From NCBI RefSeq assembly GCF_009914755.1, contig NC_060928.1: 64,000 bases of DNA; one strand, given 5' to 3'. Positions 16,155-28,994 of this stretch are shown piece by piece (position 1 is the stretch's first letter; each line of letters begins with the position of its first letter). Below the pieces are notes generated by a model. It was given only the letters and a program-made list of their open reading frames with translations. It was not told the origin of the DNA and searched no databases. This DNA comes from the human T2T-CHM13v2.0 reference genome, Homo sapiens. The position numbers and the translations under genes were made by a program.

Positions 16155-17200
16155 TGACACAGGATTTTTTCAGCACTACTTCACCATCCAGAAGTGGCAA
16201 CTATGCTACTTCTGTAGAAGGCCAGTGGCACCTATACCCTTGCTTTGCTCGGACATGCGCGGCCTGGCAGGCTGTGCTTGGCTTGTGCTACTAGACCCTG
16301 TGGGTGAGCCAGGAACAGAGCGGCGAGGGGTGTGTGAGCGAGTGAGCACGGGCTCTGGCCACAGCACACAGTCAGGCACTTTGGCTGCTGTGATGCAGCG
16401 GGCAGCTCCAAGCGCCTGCACAGGCTCGGCTTGTTCCTCAGCCTAGATCCCACAACAACTGCAGCTGCATGCTCAGTGCGTGGAGGGACCAAGTGTGCCA
16501 CGAGTGGCTTCCTGGCTGGGCACTGGCGTCCAGATGAGGGGAATGTGGTGGTACCTGAAAATTCAAGATGCCAGCAATCGCCGAGCCCCAACAGGGTGTC
16601 ACAGCTTCTGCTCGAGGAGTCCCGAAGTCTGAGTCCCTCTCTCTCTCATTCCCATCATTCACAGCCCTGAGAACAGGTATGTGTTACAGCTCTGGCCTGG
16701 GGAGGCCCGAGGTCTAGGCCCCCGGAAGGGTCGCCACTGTTCACTCCCGTAGTCCAGCCCTTTTTGCCCCTGCCATTCAGCGGGTTCCAGGTTCTTTTCC
16801 CATGTTCAAGAAGAATGAGGTATGCAGACGCCGGAGAATAAGTAAGGCAGAGAAGAATTTTATTAACAGAAAAGCTCTCAACAATGGGAGGGGACCTAAA
16901 GTGTGTAGCCCTCTGTGTGAGAGGGGGACTGAAATGGGTAGCCCAACGTGTGGCTGAGTTCAGGGTTTTAATGGGCTCAGAATGGGAGAATGTGTGCTGA
17001 TTCGTCCATGGGTAGTCCTGGAAAAAAGCACTATTTGATTGGTTGAAAGGCATCATAGAGGTTGTAACTCTGGTCAGGGATTCTCTCTGGAACTGGCAGC
17101 TTGGTTTTCAGGCTTCAGGCTGTCTTTGGTTTGAAGGTTGGGTTTTACCAGAGACCAACCCCTATCTGCCTAGGAATTTGTCTGTCTCCTGCCGCTGTCA
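16155..17200 (-). mobile_element. Solo ERV1 LTR, LTR28-like (LTR1/LTR27/LTR28/MER52 group), 1046 bp
   Basis: TG..CA termini; minus-strand start tgacagcggcaggagacagacaaattcctaggcagataggg; 4-bp TSD aaat at 16151-16154 and 17201-17204; AATAAA on the minus strand near 16860; GC-rich. Confidence 0.85.
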
Positions 17201-18274
17201 AAATCATATAGCCACTTTGGCAGATAATTTGACTTTTCTTAGAAAACCAAACATACTCTTACCATATGATCCAGCAATCATGCTTTTCAGTATTTACCCA
17301 TATGAGTTGTAAATGTATGCCTACAAGAACCCTGCACATGAATGTTATAGCAGCCTTATTCATAAATAAACAAACTGCAGTACTTCCATACAATGTAATA
17401 TTATCCAGTGATCAAAAAAATGAGCTCCAAAGACATAGACGAACCCAACTGCATTTTGCTAAATGAGCAAAGCCAATCTAACAAGGCCTCATACCATATC
17501 ATCCCAACTATATGACATTCTGGAAAAGGCACAGCTATGGAGACAGTTAAATGATCAGTGTTTGCCAGGGTTTTAAGGGTAGAGAGTAAAGGATAAACTA
17601 GTAGAACACAGGAGATTTTTATGGCAGTGAAATCATTCTACATAATACTATAATGGTGAATGCATGTCATTATACATTTGTCAAAATCTAGAGAATTTAC
17701 AACATAAAGAATGAGATCTAATATGAACTATGAACTTTAGTTTCTAATAATGTATCAATAATCAATCATCAGTTACAGCAAATATATAACACTAATGCAT
17801 GATGTTAATAGTAGGGGAAACTGTGAGGGGAGAATGGGTAGGTGGGAGCTCTGTATACTTTTCCTGTAATTATTTTTTATACCTAAAACAGCTCTAAAAA
17901 TAGAGTCTATTGGTTTAGAATGATGCGATACAGATGCCCAGCTTGAAGTCTTGTTAGCAGGGATGACAGATTCCACTGCTTGTGTCCCATGACTTTACTA
18001 TATCATGCATGGAGATATTCTGAGTTTGTTTTTGGATATATTCCTAGATATCCATCTGTTCTGAGACTTTGTATCAAGATAATTAACTCTTATAAATATG
18101 AAGATGCATTGCTTTGAATATCATCTAGACCATGATTTTTATCTTGACAATATGAAATTTGTAGAATACTGAAGTATCTCAAATGCTCAAGCCCACTTTC
18201 CTACTGCTTCCTTTTTCTGTGAACATTTATAGACTGAGATTATATTTTTATTTCATGCTTTAGGAGTGAAAGTA

Positions 18275-18802
18275 TGTATAGTCTGGGTTCTCTAGAGGGA
18301 CAGGACTAATAGGATAGATGTATGTATAAAAGGGAATTTATTAAGTAGTGTTGACTCACACGATCACAAGGTGAAGTCTGCAAGCTGAGTAGCAAGGAAG
18401 CCAGTCCCAGTCCCAAAACCTCAAAAGTAGGGAAACTGACAGTGTAGCCTTCAGTCTGTGGCTGAACGCCTGGGAGCCCCTGGCAAATCACTGGTGTAGG
18501 TCCAAGAGTGCAAAAGCTGAAGAACTTGGAGTCTGATGTTTGAGGGCAGGAAACATCCTGCACAGGAGAAAGATGGAGGCCAGAAGACTTAGCCAGTCTA
18601 GTCCTTCCACATTCCTCTGTCTGCTTTTATCCTAGCTGTGCAGGCAGCTGATCAGATGGTGGCCACCCAGATTGAGGGCGGGTCTGTCTCTCCCAGTCCA
18701 CTTCTCAAATGTTAATCTCCTTTGGCAACACCCTCACAGACACACCCAAGAACAATACTTTGCATCCTTCAATCAAATTGACACTCAGTATTAACCATCA
18801 CA
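18275..18802 (-). mobile_element. Solo MLT2A (ERVL) LTR
   Basis: Minus-strand start tgtgatggttaatactgagtgtcaa, end ..tctagagaacccagactataca; 5-bp TSD aagta/aagca (one mismatch). Confidence 0.88.
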
Positions 18803-18914
18803 AAGCACAAATTGAAAGATTGTGTTAACAAGTCAGTGGAAAACATTGCCAAATCTCTAGGCCAATTGTGATATGGGAAAATATGTACATTTTCTAGAAA
18901 TTTTTATTATTTTC

Positions 18915-19570
18915 CCAAACCTTTCATTATAAAAAATGTCAAAAATACAGAAAAGTTTAAATGTTTGCACACAGAGCTCACATATACCTGTGATCTAACT
19001 TCTAGAATAAAAATTGTTGCTCTATTTGCTTCCTTATATATTCAGACATCTGTTTATCTTTTTTATCAGTCCATTAATTCATCTTATTTATTTGGTGGAT
19101 TTCAGTGCATATTGTAGACATCAGTACACTTTATCCCTAACATCTTAGCCACAAAATTATGTACTTTGTTTTTGTTTTCCTTTTGTTTTCAAGAGAGAAA
19201 AATCATAATTCTACCATCTTATGCATTTTGACAAATAAAATACTCCTGCATTACCCAAACCCCATCAAGATTCAGAACACTGCTATCAACCCAGAAAGTT
19301 CTCTCTAGCCCTTGAGCAAAAGCAGCCACTCTTCTGATTTAAAAAAAAAATTAATATATCCTTTTTCTATACTCCATATAAGTGAAACCACACAGTATAA
19401 ACAGTCTTATTCAAGGTATTTTTCACTCAGCAAAATATTGATCTATGTTTGTTTCTTTTTATCACTAAATAGCATACTACATGTGATTTCTCATTCTTCT
19501 GTTGGTGGAAATATGAACTACTTCCAGTTTGGAGCTATTATTTATAAACTGCTATGTACATTTTTGAAGA
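18915..19570 (-). mobile_element. Old L1ME-like 3' fragments
   Basis: ccccatcaagattcagaacactgctatcaacccagaaagttc; ttccagtttggagctatta. Confidence 0.55.
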
Positions 19571-19579
19571 AGTGTCATG

Positions 19580-22500
19580 AATGAATAGACAAAGTCAATT
19601 GTCTACTTATGTATTTTTTTGAAATTTGAAACTAGAAAAACATCACTTTACAACAGCATGAAACTAAGTATAAATAATTAGGTATAAATCTAAAAAACTG
19701 TGCAGAATCTATATGTCAAGTTAATAAGACAGTGATGAGAGATCAAAATTCTGTAAGTAAAGAGATATTTGGGTTCATAGATCAGGAAACATAATATTAT
19801 TAAAATGTCAATTATTCCGCATTTAATCTTTAGATTCAACACAATGACAATCAAAATTCCAAGTTGTTTTGTGTGTATCAGTAAACTGATTCTGAAGATA
19901 ATGTAAAAATGTAAAAACCCCTCAACAGCCATCACAAGAGTGAAAAGTCAAAATCAGTTTTAATTTGACCTGACTTAAAAATTTACTAATATAGAGCAAT
20001 AATTATCAAGACAGTGTGATACTACTAAAAGAATAGACAAATAGTTTACTGGAAAAGAATGGAAAGCATAGAAATAGACCAATACAAATATAATCAAACA
20101 ATCTTTGACTAAGATGCAAATACAAATCAATGGATAAAGAATAGTCTTTTCAACAAATGATGTGGGAAAAACTAGATTTCCACATTAAAAAAAGTGCATC
20201 TGGACAGGATCTATCAGCTGCCACCAAAATTAACTCAAAACATGCTGTAGACCTACAGATGAACTATAAAACTATAAAACTTCTAGAAATAGAAGTAAAA
20301 TAAATTCTTCATGACTTTGTGCTTGTCAGTAAATATTTAAATATAAAGAATCCAATGCATGAAATTTAAAAATGACAAACTGGATTTTATCAAAATTCCA
20401 AATTTTTCATTGTGAACAAATTTTTAAAGGAAATGATAAATGATTTCTGTATGTTAAAACAACCTTGCACCCCAGGGGTAAACCCCACTTGGTTAGGGTG
20501 TGTAATCATTTATTTGTACTGGAGAATTTGGTTTGCCATTGTTTTATTGAAGATTATTTTATTGAAGATTATGCTTATCAGAGACACTGGCTTGTAGTTG
20601 TCTTTTCCTGTGGTATCTTTGTCTGGCTTTTGTATCATGGTAATGTTGGCCTCATAAAATGAGTTTGGCAGTATTTTCTCTACTCCTACTTTATGAAAGA
20701 GTTTTAAAGGGGTTGGCATAAATTCTTCTTTGAATGTTTGGTAGAATTCAACCAAGAAGCCATCTAGTCCTGGTTTGATTGGTAGTTTTTTTATTACTAC
20801 TCAAATTTATTTATTTGTTATGGGTATATTAGTTTATTCAAGTTTTCTATTTCTTGATTCAGACTTGGTAATTTGCATGTCTCTAGGAATTTATCTGTTT
20901 ACTCTAGGCTATCTAATTTGTTGGCACATAATTGTTCATAATAGCCTCTTACAATCCTTTTTATTTCTGAGATACTTTTTATTTCTTGAGACATTGTAAT
21001 TTCTTGTCTTTCATTTATGATTTTATTCAATTATTTTCTCTTTTTTCTTAGATAGTCTCCTTAAGAGTTCGTCAATTTTGTTGTATCTTTTTAAAAAACT
21101 TCTTAGTTTTGATAAATTTTTCTGTAGTTTTTCTATTCTCTATTTGATTTATTTTCTTGTGGTTCAATAAAAATGCATTATATTATCATTTAAAAGTATC
21201 CATAACATACTGGCTAAAAGACTTATATCAAGAATACACAAATAACTTTTAAAACTCAAATATAAACCATATAAAAAGGTATAAACAGCATTTGTCATTA
21301 GAGAAGTGCAAACTAAAATGAAAGGCACCACTACACAACTACTAGAACGGCTGAAATCCAAAAAGAACCTGACAATATCAGAAGTTGGTGAGGGCATGGA
21401 GGAACAGAAACTCTCACTCATTGGTCATGGAAATGTAAAATGGTACAGTGGAAATCAGTTTCATGGTTCTTCTAGATTTAAACATAGCCTTACCATATAA
21501 TCCATCAATTATGTAAGTTATTTAGAAATTAATATCTCCACTAAAACCTGCATATAAACATTTATAACATCTTTACTGATAATTGCTCCAAGCTGGAAGT
21601 AACCCAGATGAATTTCAGTATATTAATGGATAAATCGCGATACATCCATACAGTTGAAAACTATTAAACAAGAAAAAAGTAATGAACTACTAATCTATAT
21701 ATAACAATATGGTGAGTTTTACATAAATTTTTCAAGCAAGAATGTCACTTAGAAAGAATTCAGACTTTCACATATTGTATGATTCTATTTATATGATATT
21801 ATGGAAAAGGGAGAAAACAGATCAGTGGTTGCCAGAGATTGTAGAGGGAAAAGAGTTTCAGGAGAAGAAGCATAAGAGATGTTTTAGAGTGATTGAATTA
21901 ATTTGTATGATGAAACTTAGTAAAAATAATCAACCATGTGTTAATCAACCATGTGTTACACTGTGACAAAAGAGTGTAACAGTATTTCAATTGTGTACAA
22001 ATGACTTAACTTCAGTGGTGAGAAAAGATGGTGCTGATCCAAATAATTTTGGAAAACTGTTTTGACTGGAAATGGTAGGACTAAAGATAAAAGTGGTTGT
22101 ACATAAACATTGTGCTTTAGTTGACAAAGTAATTACTAATTCCATTATGAGTTAACATTCTGAAGCTGTTGTAAATGTATGCTGGAATTAAACCAATGAA
22201 TGAATGGATGACAGATAGCGGAAGCCAGGTATCTCATTCTTGAAATAGAAGGTAACAGATAAGAAAAAGGGGAAGACTAGAATCAACTATGTGGTACTGC
22301 ATTAGAATGAAGATGTCAGTATTAACTCTTGACTTAATTAACGTAGACACAGAGGAATAGATACAAAAATACTTGTATTTATAGGTATAAATGGGTTAGT
22401 ATTCATGCATATATTTCCTTCTTCTTTCCACTGACAGCAACTAGAAGCAACTATAACTTAGTGATAATAAGAATACCATGTATCTAGATCTTGGTTTCTA

Positions 22501-23330
22501 ATTTATTCTCCAACATAAGAAAGCAGAACTCTTTGGAGAATAGTGATGCTAGCTCTGGGGTAAGAAATATACAAGATGAACCTGGAATATTTCATAGTGC
22601 CAAAAAACAAAAAGTATACCAAAAATGTGGACGTGTTAAAGGGACACAGAAGTCAACCTGAAAGAGTTCCCAATAGCCAAAGTTGGAACAATTAAAGCAA
22701 CAATATAAATCATATAGAATTATAACTCCAAATAGAAAATAATATGAATATCCGATTGACTTAAACAAATGAGAGAGAAGAGACAAATTTTCTATATAAA
22801 AGAATTTCAAGTAATTTAGGTACATAGTCTCTCTTAAGGAGGTGGACCTCAAACACCCTTGCCCCTCTAATATGTGGGTTGCCCTTCCTTACTTGCTTCC
22901 ACATAGTACAGTATGGAAAGGGGAAGAGGAGTAACTTTACAGTGAGTAAATCTGGAAAACACTTCCTTATCCAGGTGATCAAAGTTGACATTATCAATAA
23001 TAAGTCATGTTGATAGCTTGTGCCCTTGATACTTCACCTCTGTGGTCTTCATCCCCAAAATACGTAATGTCAGTTAAGCCATGAGAAGAATATAAGATAA
23101 ACCCAAATGGGAAAAATGTTCTACCAAATATTAATACTTGACCAATACTCCTCAAAACTGACAAGGCTATCAAAAATCAGAAAATCCTGAAAAACTGTCA
23201 CAAACCAAAGGAAGATAAGACCATGTGACAATTAAATGTAATACGGTGGTCTGCTTGATTCTGGAATAAAAAAAAGACATGAGAGAAACACTAGTGAAAT
23301 ACAAATGAAGTACGAAGTTTTGCTAAAAAA
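19580..23330 (+). mobile_element. Old L1M (L1MC/MD-like) ORF2 3' half and long 3'UTR, split by an opposite-strand L1 piece
   Basis: ORF2-like aagaatagtcttttcaacaaatg; 3'UTR motifs (ccttaccatataatcca; ccaggtgatcaaagttgacattatcaataataagtcatgttgatagc); A-rich end near 23330. Confidence 0.7.
20440..21160 (-). mobile_element. L1M ORF2 internal fragment, reverse orientation
   Basis: ORF 20510-20755 reads [35 protein letters not shown], an L1 ORF2 linker/RT start. Confidence 0.85.
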
Positions 23331-24086
23331 AAAAAAGAATACTGAGAGATCACAAATAATAATAATAAATTAGGTTTTTCAATTCAAGAGATGGGCTTAA
23401 TCCAAACCTACAGATATTTTCATATTCATTAGCTTTATTTCTCATCTTTCACTTGTGAAATTGACATTTTTTTCTTCCTAGTTGTCTATATTATTTATTA
23501 AATATGTTATCAAAGCCATAGAATCATTTCTTCAACATCTCCCATTTTGTATCTTTTTCTATTCATATATACTGCATATTTCTACATGTACATACACAGA
23601 CACACACACACACAGTTACAGTTCTTAAACTTTTTTCAGGCATTCATTTGGCTCAGAAACATGTATTATCTAGCCACATAGCCTATATTAGAACTGTATT
23701 TTTGTCAATAAAATAAATAGCCAAATCAACAACAGCTTAAACAAACTGAAAGTTTATTAGCCTGTTGTGTAAATCTAGTTTAACATTTCAAAGCAAAAGT
23801 GGCACCTCTCTGGTGTCAGGGACCACAAAACTCCTATTTTGTTGTTACACCATCAGAAGAGTATTCCTTTTCTCCATTATGTAAGATAATTTTTTTTTTT
23901 TTTTTTTTGTACAGGGTAGGGAAGCAAATGGCTCATTGGTATTTACGTTTTTAGAACAACAATGGATTGAGTCCCCTAATTTTACTTACATGAGGTAGTA
24001 AATTCTTTATATATCAAGGGACAAATTCTCATGGTCCTCATTGTCTCTCTGGACCTGATTGGAGATTGGACAATTTATTAAATTCA

Positions 24087-25417
24087 TTTTTTTTTAAATT
24101 ACACTTTAAGTTCTGGGGTACATGTGCAGAACGTGCAGGTTTGTTACATAGGTATACACGTGCCATGGTGGTTTGCTGCACCCATCAACCCATCATCTAC
24201 ATTAGGTATTTCTCCTAATGCTATCCCTCCCCTAGCCTCCCACCCCCTGACAGGCTCCAGTGTGTGATGTTCCGCTCCCTGTGTCCACATGTTCTCCTTG
24301 TTCAGCTCCCACTTATGAGTGAGAACATGCGGTGTTTGGTTTTCTGTTCTTGTGTTGGTTTGCTGAGAATGACGGTTTCCAGCTTCATCCATGTCTCTGC
24401 AAAGGACATGAACTCATCCTTTTTCATGACTGCATAGTATTCCATGGGATATATGTGCCACATTTTCTTTATCCAGTCTATCACTGATGGGCATTTGGGT
24501 TGGTTCCGAGTTGTTGCTATTGTGAACAGTGCTGCAATAAACATACATGTGCATGTGCATGTGCATGTGCATGTGCATGTGTCTTTATAGTAGAATGGTT
24601 TATAATCTTTTGGGCATATACCCAGTAATGGGATTACTGGGTCAAATTGTATTTCTGGTTCTAGATCCTTGAGGAATCACCACACTGTCTTCCACAATGG
24701 TTGAACTAATTTACACTCCCACCAACGGCATGTAAAAATGTTCCTATTTCTTCACATCCTCTCCAGCATCTGTTGTTTCCTGACTTTTTAATGATTGCCA
24801 TTCTAACTGGCCTGAGATGGTGTCTCATGGTTTTGATTTGCATTTCTCTAATGACGAGTGATGTTGAACTTTTTTTCCTATGTTTGCTGGCTGCATAAAT
24901 GTCTTCTTTTGAGAAGTGTCTGTTCATATCCTTCGCCCACTTTTTGATGGGTTGTTTGTTTTTTCCCTGTAAGTTTGTTTAAGTTCTTTGTAGATCCTGG
25001 ATATTAGCCCTTTGTCAGGTGGATAGATTGCAAAATTTTTCTCCCATTCTTTAGGTTGCCTGTTCACACTGATGATCATTTATTTTGCTGTGCAGAAAGC
25101 TCTTTAGTTTAATCAGATCCCATTTGTCAATTTTGGCTTTTGTTGCCACTGCTTTTGGTGTTGTAGTCATGAAGTCTTTGCCCATGCCTATGTCCTGAAT
25201 GGTATTGCCTAGGTTTTTCTTCTAGGTATTGCCTGGTTTTAGGTCTTATGTTTAAGTCTTTAATCCATCTTGAGTTAATTTTTGTATGAAGTATAAGGAA
25301 GGGGTCCAGTTTCAGTTTTCTGCATATGGTTAGCCAGTTTTCCCAAAACCATTTATTAAATAGGGAATCATTTCCCCATTGCTTGTTTTTGTCAGGTTTG
25401 CCAAAGATCAGATAGTT
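24087..25417 (-). mobile_element. 5'-truncated L1PA7/8-like 3' fragment (about 1.3 kb)
   Basis: 3'UTR ctttaagttctggggtacatgtgcagaacgtgcagg..gtggtttgctgcacccatcaac; ORF2 C-terminal peptides. Confidence 0.92.
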
Positions 25418-25428
25418 CAAAGATCAGA

Positions 25429-25638
25429 TCCTGGGTTCAAGTGATTCTCCTGCCTCAGCATCCCTAGTAGCTGGGATTACAGCAATACAGCACCATGTCC
25501 AGCTAATTTTTGTATTTTTAGTACAGACGGGGTTTCACCGTGTTGGCTAGGCTGGTCTCCAACTCCTGATTTCAAGTGATCTGCCTGCCTCAGCCTCCCA
25601 AAGTGCTGGGATTACAGGCGTGAGCCACTGCGCCCAGC
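25429..25638 (-). mobile_element. AluS fragment lacking its 3' end, abutting the L1
   Basis: tcctgggttcaagtgattctcctgcctcagc..gtgagccactgcgcccagc; no poly-A tail. Confidence 0.9.
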
Positions 25639-26397
25639 ATTATTTTGTATTTCTGTTAAGAATTGATGGTTTTTGTTGAGAATGAAAAATGGATTATGTC
25701 AAATGTCAAATGTTTTTTCTACATCTATTGGAATAAGAATATACTTTTTATTTTTTAAACTCTATTAAGAGACCAACTATATTGATGATAAAATGCATTG
25801 ATTGACTTTTTAATATCATATCAATCTTGTAATTCTGGAATATCGATACCTGATTTGTTGTCATGAAAAGTGGCCTCATATTATAAGTTGTGAAATAGTC
25901 TCTCTTCTTTAATTTCTTGAAGACTTATAACTTTTATCACTTTCTTCCTCAAAACTTTAGAGTAATTCATTAATATATGTATAGCAATTTGGGTCTAGTG
26001 TTATTGTAGGAAAGCTTTAAAAACTGATTTAATTTATTTAATAAAGGGCTACAGAGATTTTTCTTCTAGACTGAGATTTGGTAGTTTATGATTTTGAAGT
26101 AATATGTTAATTTTGTCTAATTTGTTTAATCTATTCACACATGGTTTTCATAATATCCCATTATTACTCTGTTGTCATACAGTATGCTAGGGCAATCATA
26201 GGCTTCTTTAGTTGTTTCTTGCTTCTCTGGAAGCAAGAAATAGTGCAGCCATTCCGATAAGTGGCTTGGCATTTCTTTAAAAAGTAGCTTACACCCCAGC
26301 AATTAATCAAATTGCTCTGTCTTTAAAAATATCCTTAAAGCGATAGAAAGTAAAGATAGAGGGTTATAGTTCACAATTAAGAAAATATTTGAAAGTA

Positions 26398-26729
26398 CAT
26401 TCTTGCCTTGGTATCCATGGGGGATTGATTCCAGAACCCCCTGCAGATACCAAAATTTATGGATGCTCAAGTCCCCTATATAAAATGGTGTAGTATTTGC
26501 ATGTAACCTATACACTTCCCCCTGTATACTTTAGATTATCTCTAGATTACTTTTAATACCTGATACAATGCAAATGGTACACACACAGTTGTCATGCTGT
26601 ATGTTTTCAGTTTGTATTATTTTACTGTTGTGTTGTTATATTTTATTGTTTTTTTCTTGAATAGTTTCAATCCACAGTGGTTGAATTCATAGATGGATGC
26701 AGAACCCATTGACAAGGAAGACCAACTAT
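26398..26729. mobile_element. MER2 (TcMar-Tigger non-autonomous DNA transposon)
   Basis: ccttggtatccatgggggattgattccagaaccc..gataccaaaat..atgctcaagtccc..atggatgcagaaccc; TA-flanked. Confidence 0.85.
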
Positions 26730-28244
26730 ACTATTATAAATAGGATTTTAGAATCCAGGAAATGGAACACTGGAATATTTAAATATAATATACATTACAT
26801 TCACAAAGAATAAGGTAACCATTTTTCTTTATTCAATTACATTCAGCAAATATTTAATATTTTCAAAGGAAAATTAACGCTTAATTGCTCCAATGACAAA
26901 CATACAAAAAATCTATAAGAAATTTAGAAAAAAAGTAAGCTATAGTATCTGTCCTCAGTGAACATATAATATAATTGGAGAGGAGCCTAATACATATAAA
27001 ATAATTGCAAAAAGATTAATGCTAAATTCCAAATTGTGTGGTTTAAGAATTATATATGATACAAGGTAAGGTTTCATAGACTAAGGACTTAGATTTTCAT
27101 AGAAAAGAATAGTTAGAAAAGCATCTGTATGCCAAAAAAAAAAAAAAATCACAGAAATGAATAAGGAAGTACTAAGAAGAAAATTCTCAATGTGGAATAA
27201 GAGCTAATGAGAACTTAGAATTCTATTCCACCAGTATGCTGCAATTGTTACCAATCATTCTGATACCCATTATTCTTTCAGTTATCAATAAAATATAAAT
27301 CTTAAGTTTTTTTTCCCTCATTCCTCTGAGCAGACTGACCTATTTGAAAAATGTTTTCTTAAAACCAAGGGCTAGAAAAATAGAAAACAAGAAAATACAA
27401 CAATATATTTTAAAAGTAATGTACAAAGCAAATGTTTTACATGACTGGAAAGCATAGTGAGAAATGTAATAATTATCATAGCTTTTATGAAGTTCTGAAT
27501 GCTAAAAAATCTAATTCATTTTCATCTTGTTTAATATCTCCAAATAACAGAAGATTATAAAAAGCTATGTGACTCTCTTTAGTAAAGACCAAGTATAATA
27601 ATGTGAACCTTGAATAAACAGTGTAATTTTTTATTTTTTGGAGAGGTTCACAGAAAAATAACTATTAATTAGTGTCGACCCTACACTTCCCAAGTTCTTA
27701 CACAGGATTAACTCTTATTTTAACATTTAAAATTGGTTAGAAAACTGTAGGAATTTTTTTAAAGTTGCCATTCTTATGCACTCATTAATCTAAGTCAAGT
27801 ACATCTAAACTGTGTTAAAAATATATAATTTTTAAATTACATGTTTTAAATATTTAAATCCTGTGAGGACTAGTGAACTACAAATTGTCCTCTTCATATA
27901 AATATCTCCCTAATGAAGCAACCTAAAAGTGTAAGGAATTTTTCAACTATCTATGTGCCAGGCACAAAAATTGGTATGGAAGATGAAAAAAATTAAAATA
28001 GATAATAAATGCCTTTATTGAATTTTAAATATACAGAGTCACACTGTCAATTTAGCTTAATATGACTCTGAACCAAAGGCAAACACTCTGAAAAATTTAA
28101 TCTCTTTCTGGTTCAAAACCAATTACGAGATTACTGCATCCACTTAAGGAGTAACAGTGATCCTTCAACTGATAACAATTTAAGAATATGAACAAAATGC
28201 AGTATATAAAATCATGATTTATATTATATAAATAATAACCAGTG

Positions 28245-28350
28245 AAGGACTGGGAGGTGATTGGATCATGGGGACAGTTTCCCCCATTGTGTTCTTGTGA
28301 TAGTGAGTGAGTTCTCACAAGATCTGACGGTTTTAATGTGTAGCACTTCT
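28245..28350 (+). mobile_element. THE1/MST-type MaLR LTR fragment
   Basis: gggaggtgattggatcatgggg..gtgatagtgagtgagttctcacaagatctga. Confidence 0.75.
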
Positions 28351-28359
28351 GGTCTCACC

Positions 28360-28985
28360 AATCAATGAGCACAAGAAAAATGACCCCAAAAAGTCCTAAA
28401 ATAGGAAGTTCTTCACAAAAGAGGATAGCCAATTAAAATATAAAAATATGCTTAATAACACTGCTTTTAGGAAAATATAAATTAAATCAATAATTAGTCA
28501 TATACACCCACCAGAATGGCGAACGTTATAAAAATCAACAATAATGAGGCCTGATGTGACTATACGGAAATTAGAACCCTCATACTATACCTGTGGGAGT
28601 GTAGTTTGGTTAAACCACTTTGGACAACTGGCAATATCTACTAATGCTAAATGCATAACTACCTTATAACTTGGCAGTCCAACTCCTAGATAAATGAATG
28701 CAGAATTCCAATATAAGGCAAGAACATTCATAGTAGTTTTACAGCAGCCTAGGACTGGAACTAGCCCAGATGGCCATCGGTGATAGAAAACATACACCTA
28801 CTGCAGTATATTCATCCAGTGGAATAGTACACAGCAATGAAAAAGAACAAACTGCTGATATCACAACAATACACATAATTCTCACAGAACTTAAGAAAAT
28901 CAGATGAGAATAACTACATATTGTGTTATTTTGTTTTGAAGAGATTAAGAAGCAACCCAACTGATGACAGTATAAGTGGTTACCT
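28360..28985 (+). mobile_element. L1ME-like 3' fragment
   Basis: tacacccaccagaatggc; gtgggagtgtagtttggttaaaccactttgga; gtggaatagtacacagcaatgaaaaagaacaaact. Confidence 0.6.
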
Positions 28986-28994
28986 CTCTGTGTG

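Larger units (their letters stand above)
14150..17910 (+). mobile_element. Old L1M (L1MC/MD-like) ORF2 plus 3'UTR, interrupted by an L1MA 3' fragment and an LTR
   Basis: Degenerate ORF2 peptides (NAIPIKIP..F..I.KLIL.F.WK in ORF 14948-15199); 3'UTR-like sequence resumes at 17205 (ttaccatatgatccagcaatc). Confidence 0.8.

Noticed and set aside
16206-17312. Cluster of overlapping ORFs
   Set aside because: GC-rich LTR sequence with few stop codons; no recognisable domain
21928-21959. Short perfect tandem duplications (also near 36868, 47490, 48641 and 62754)
   Set aside because: Ordinary replication-slippage micro-duplications
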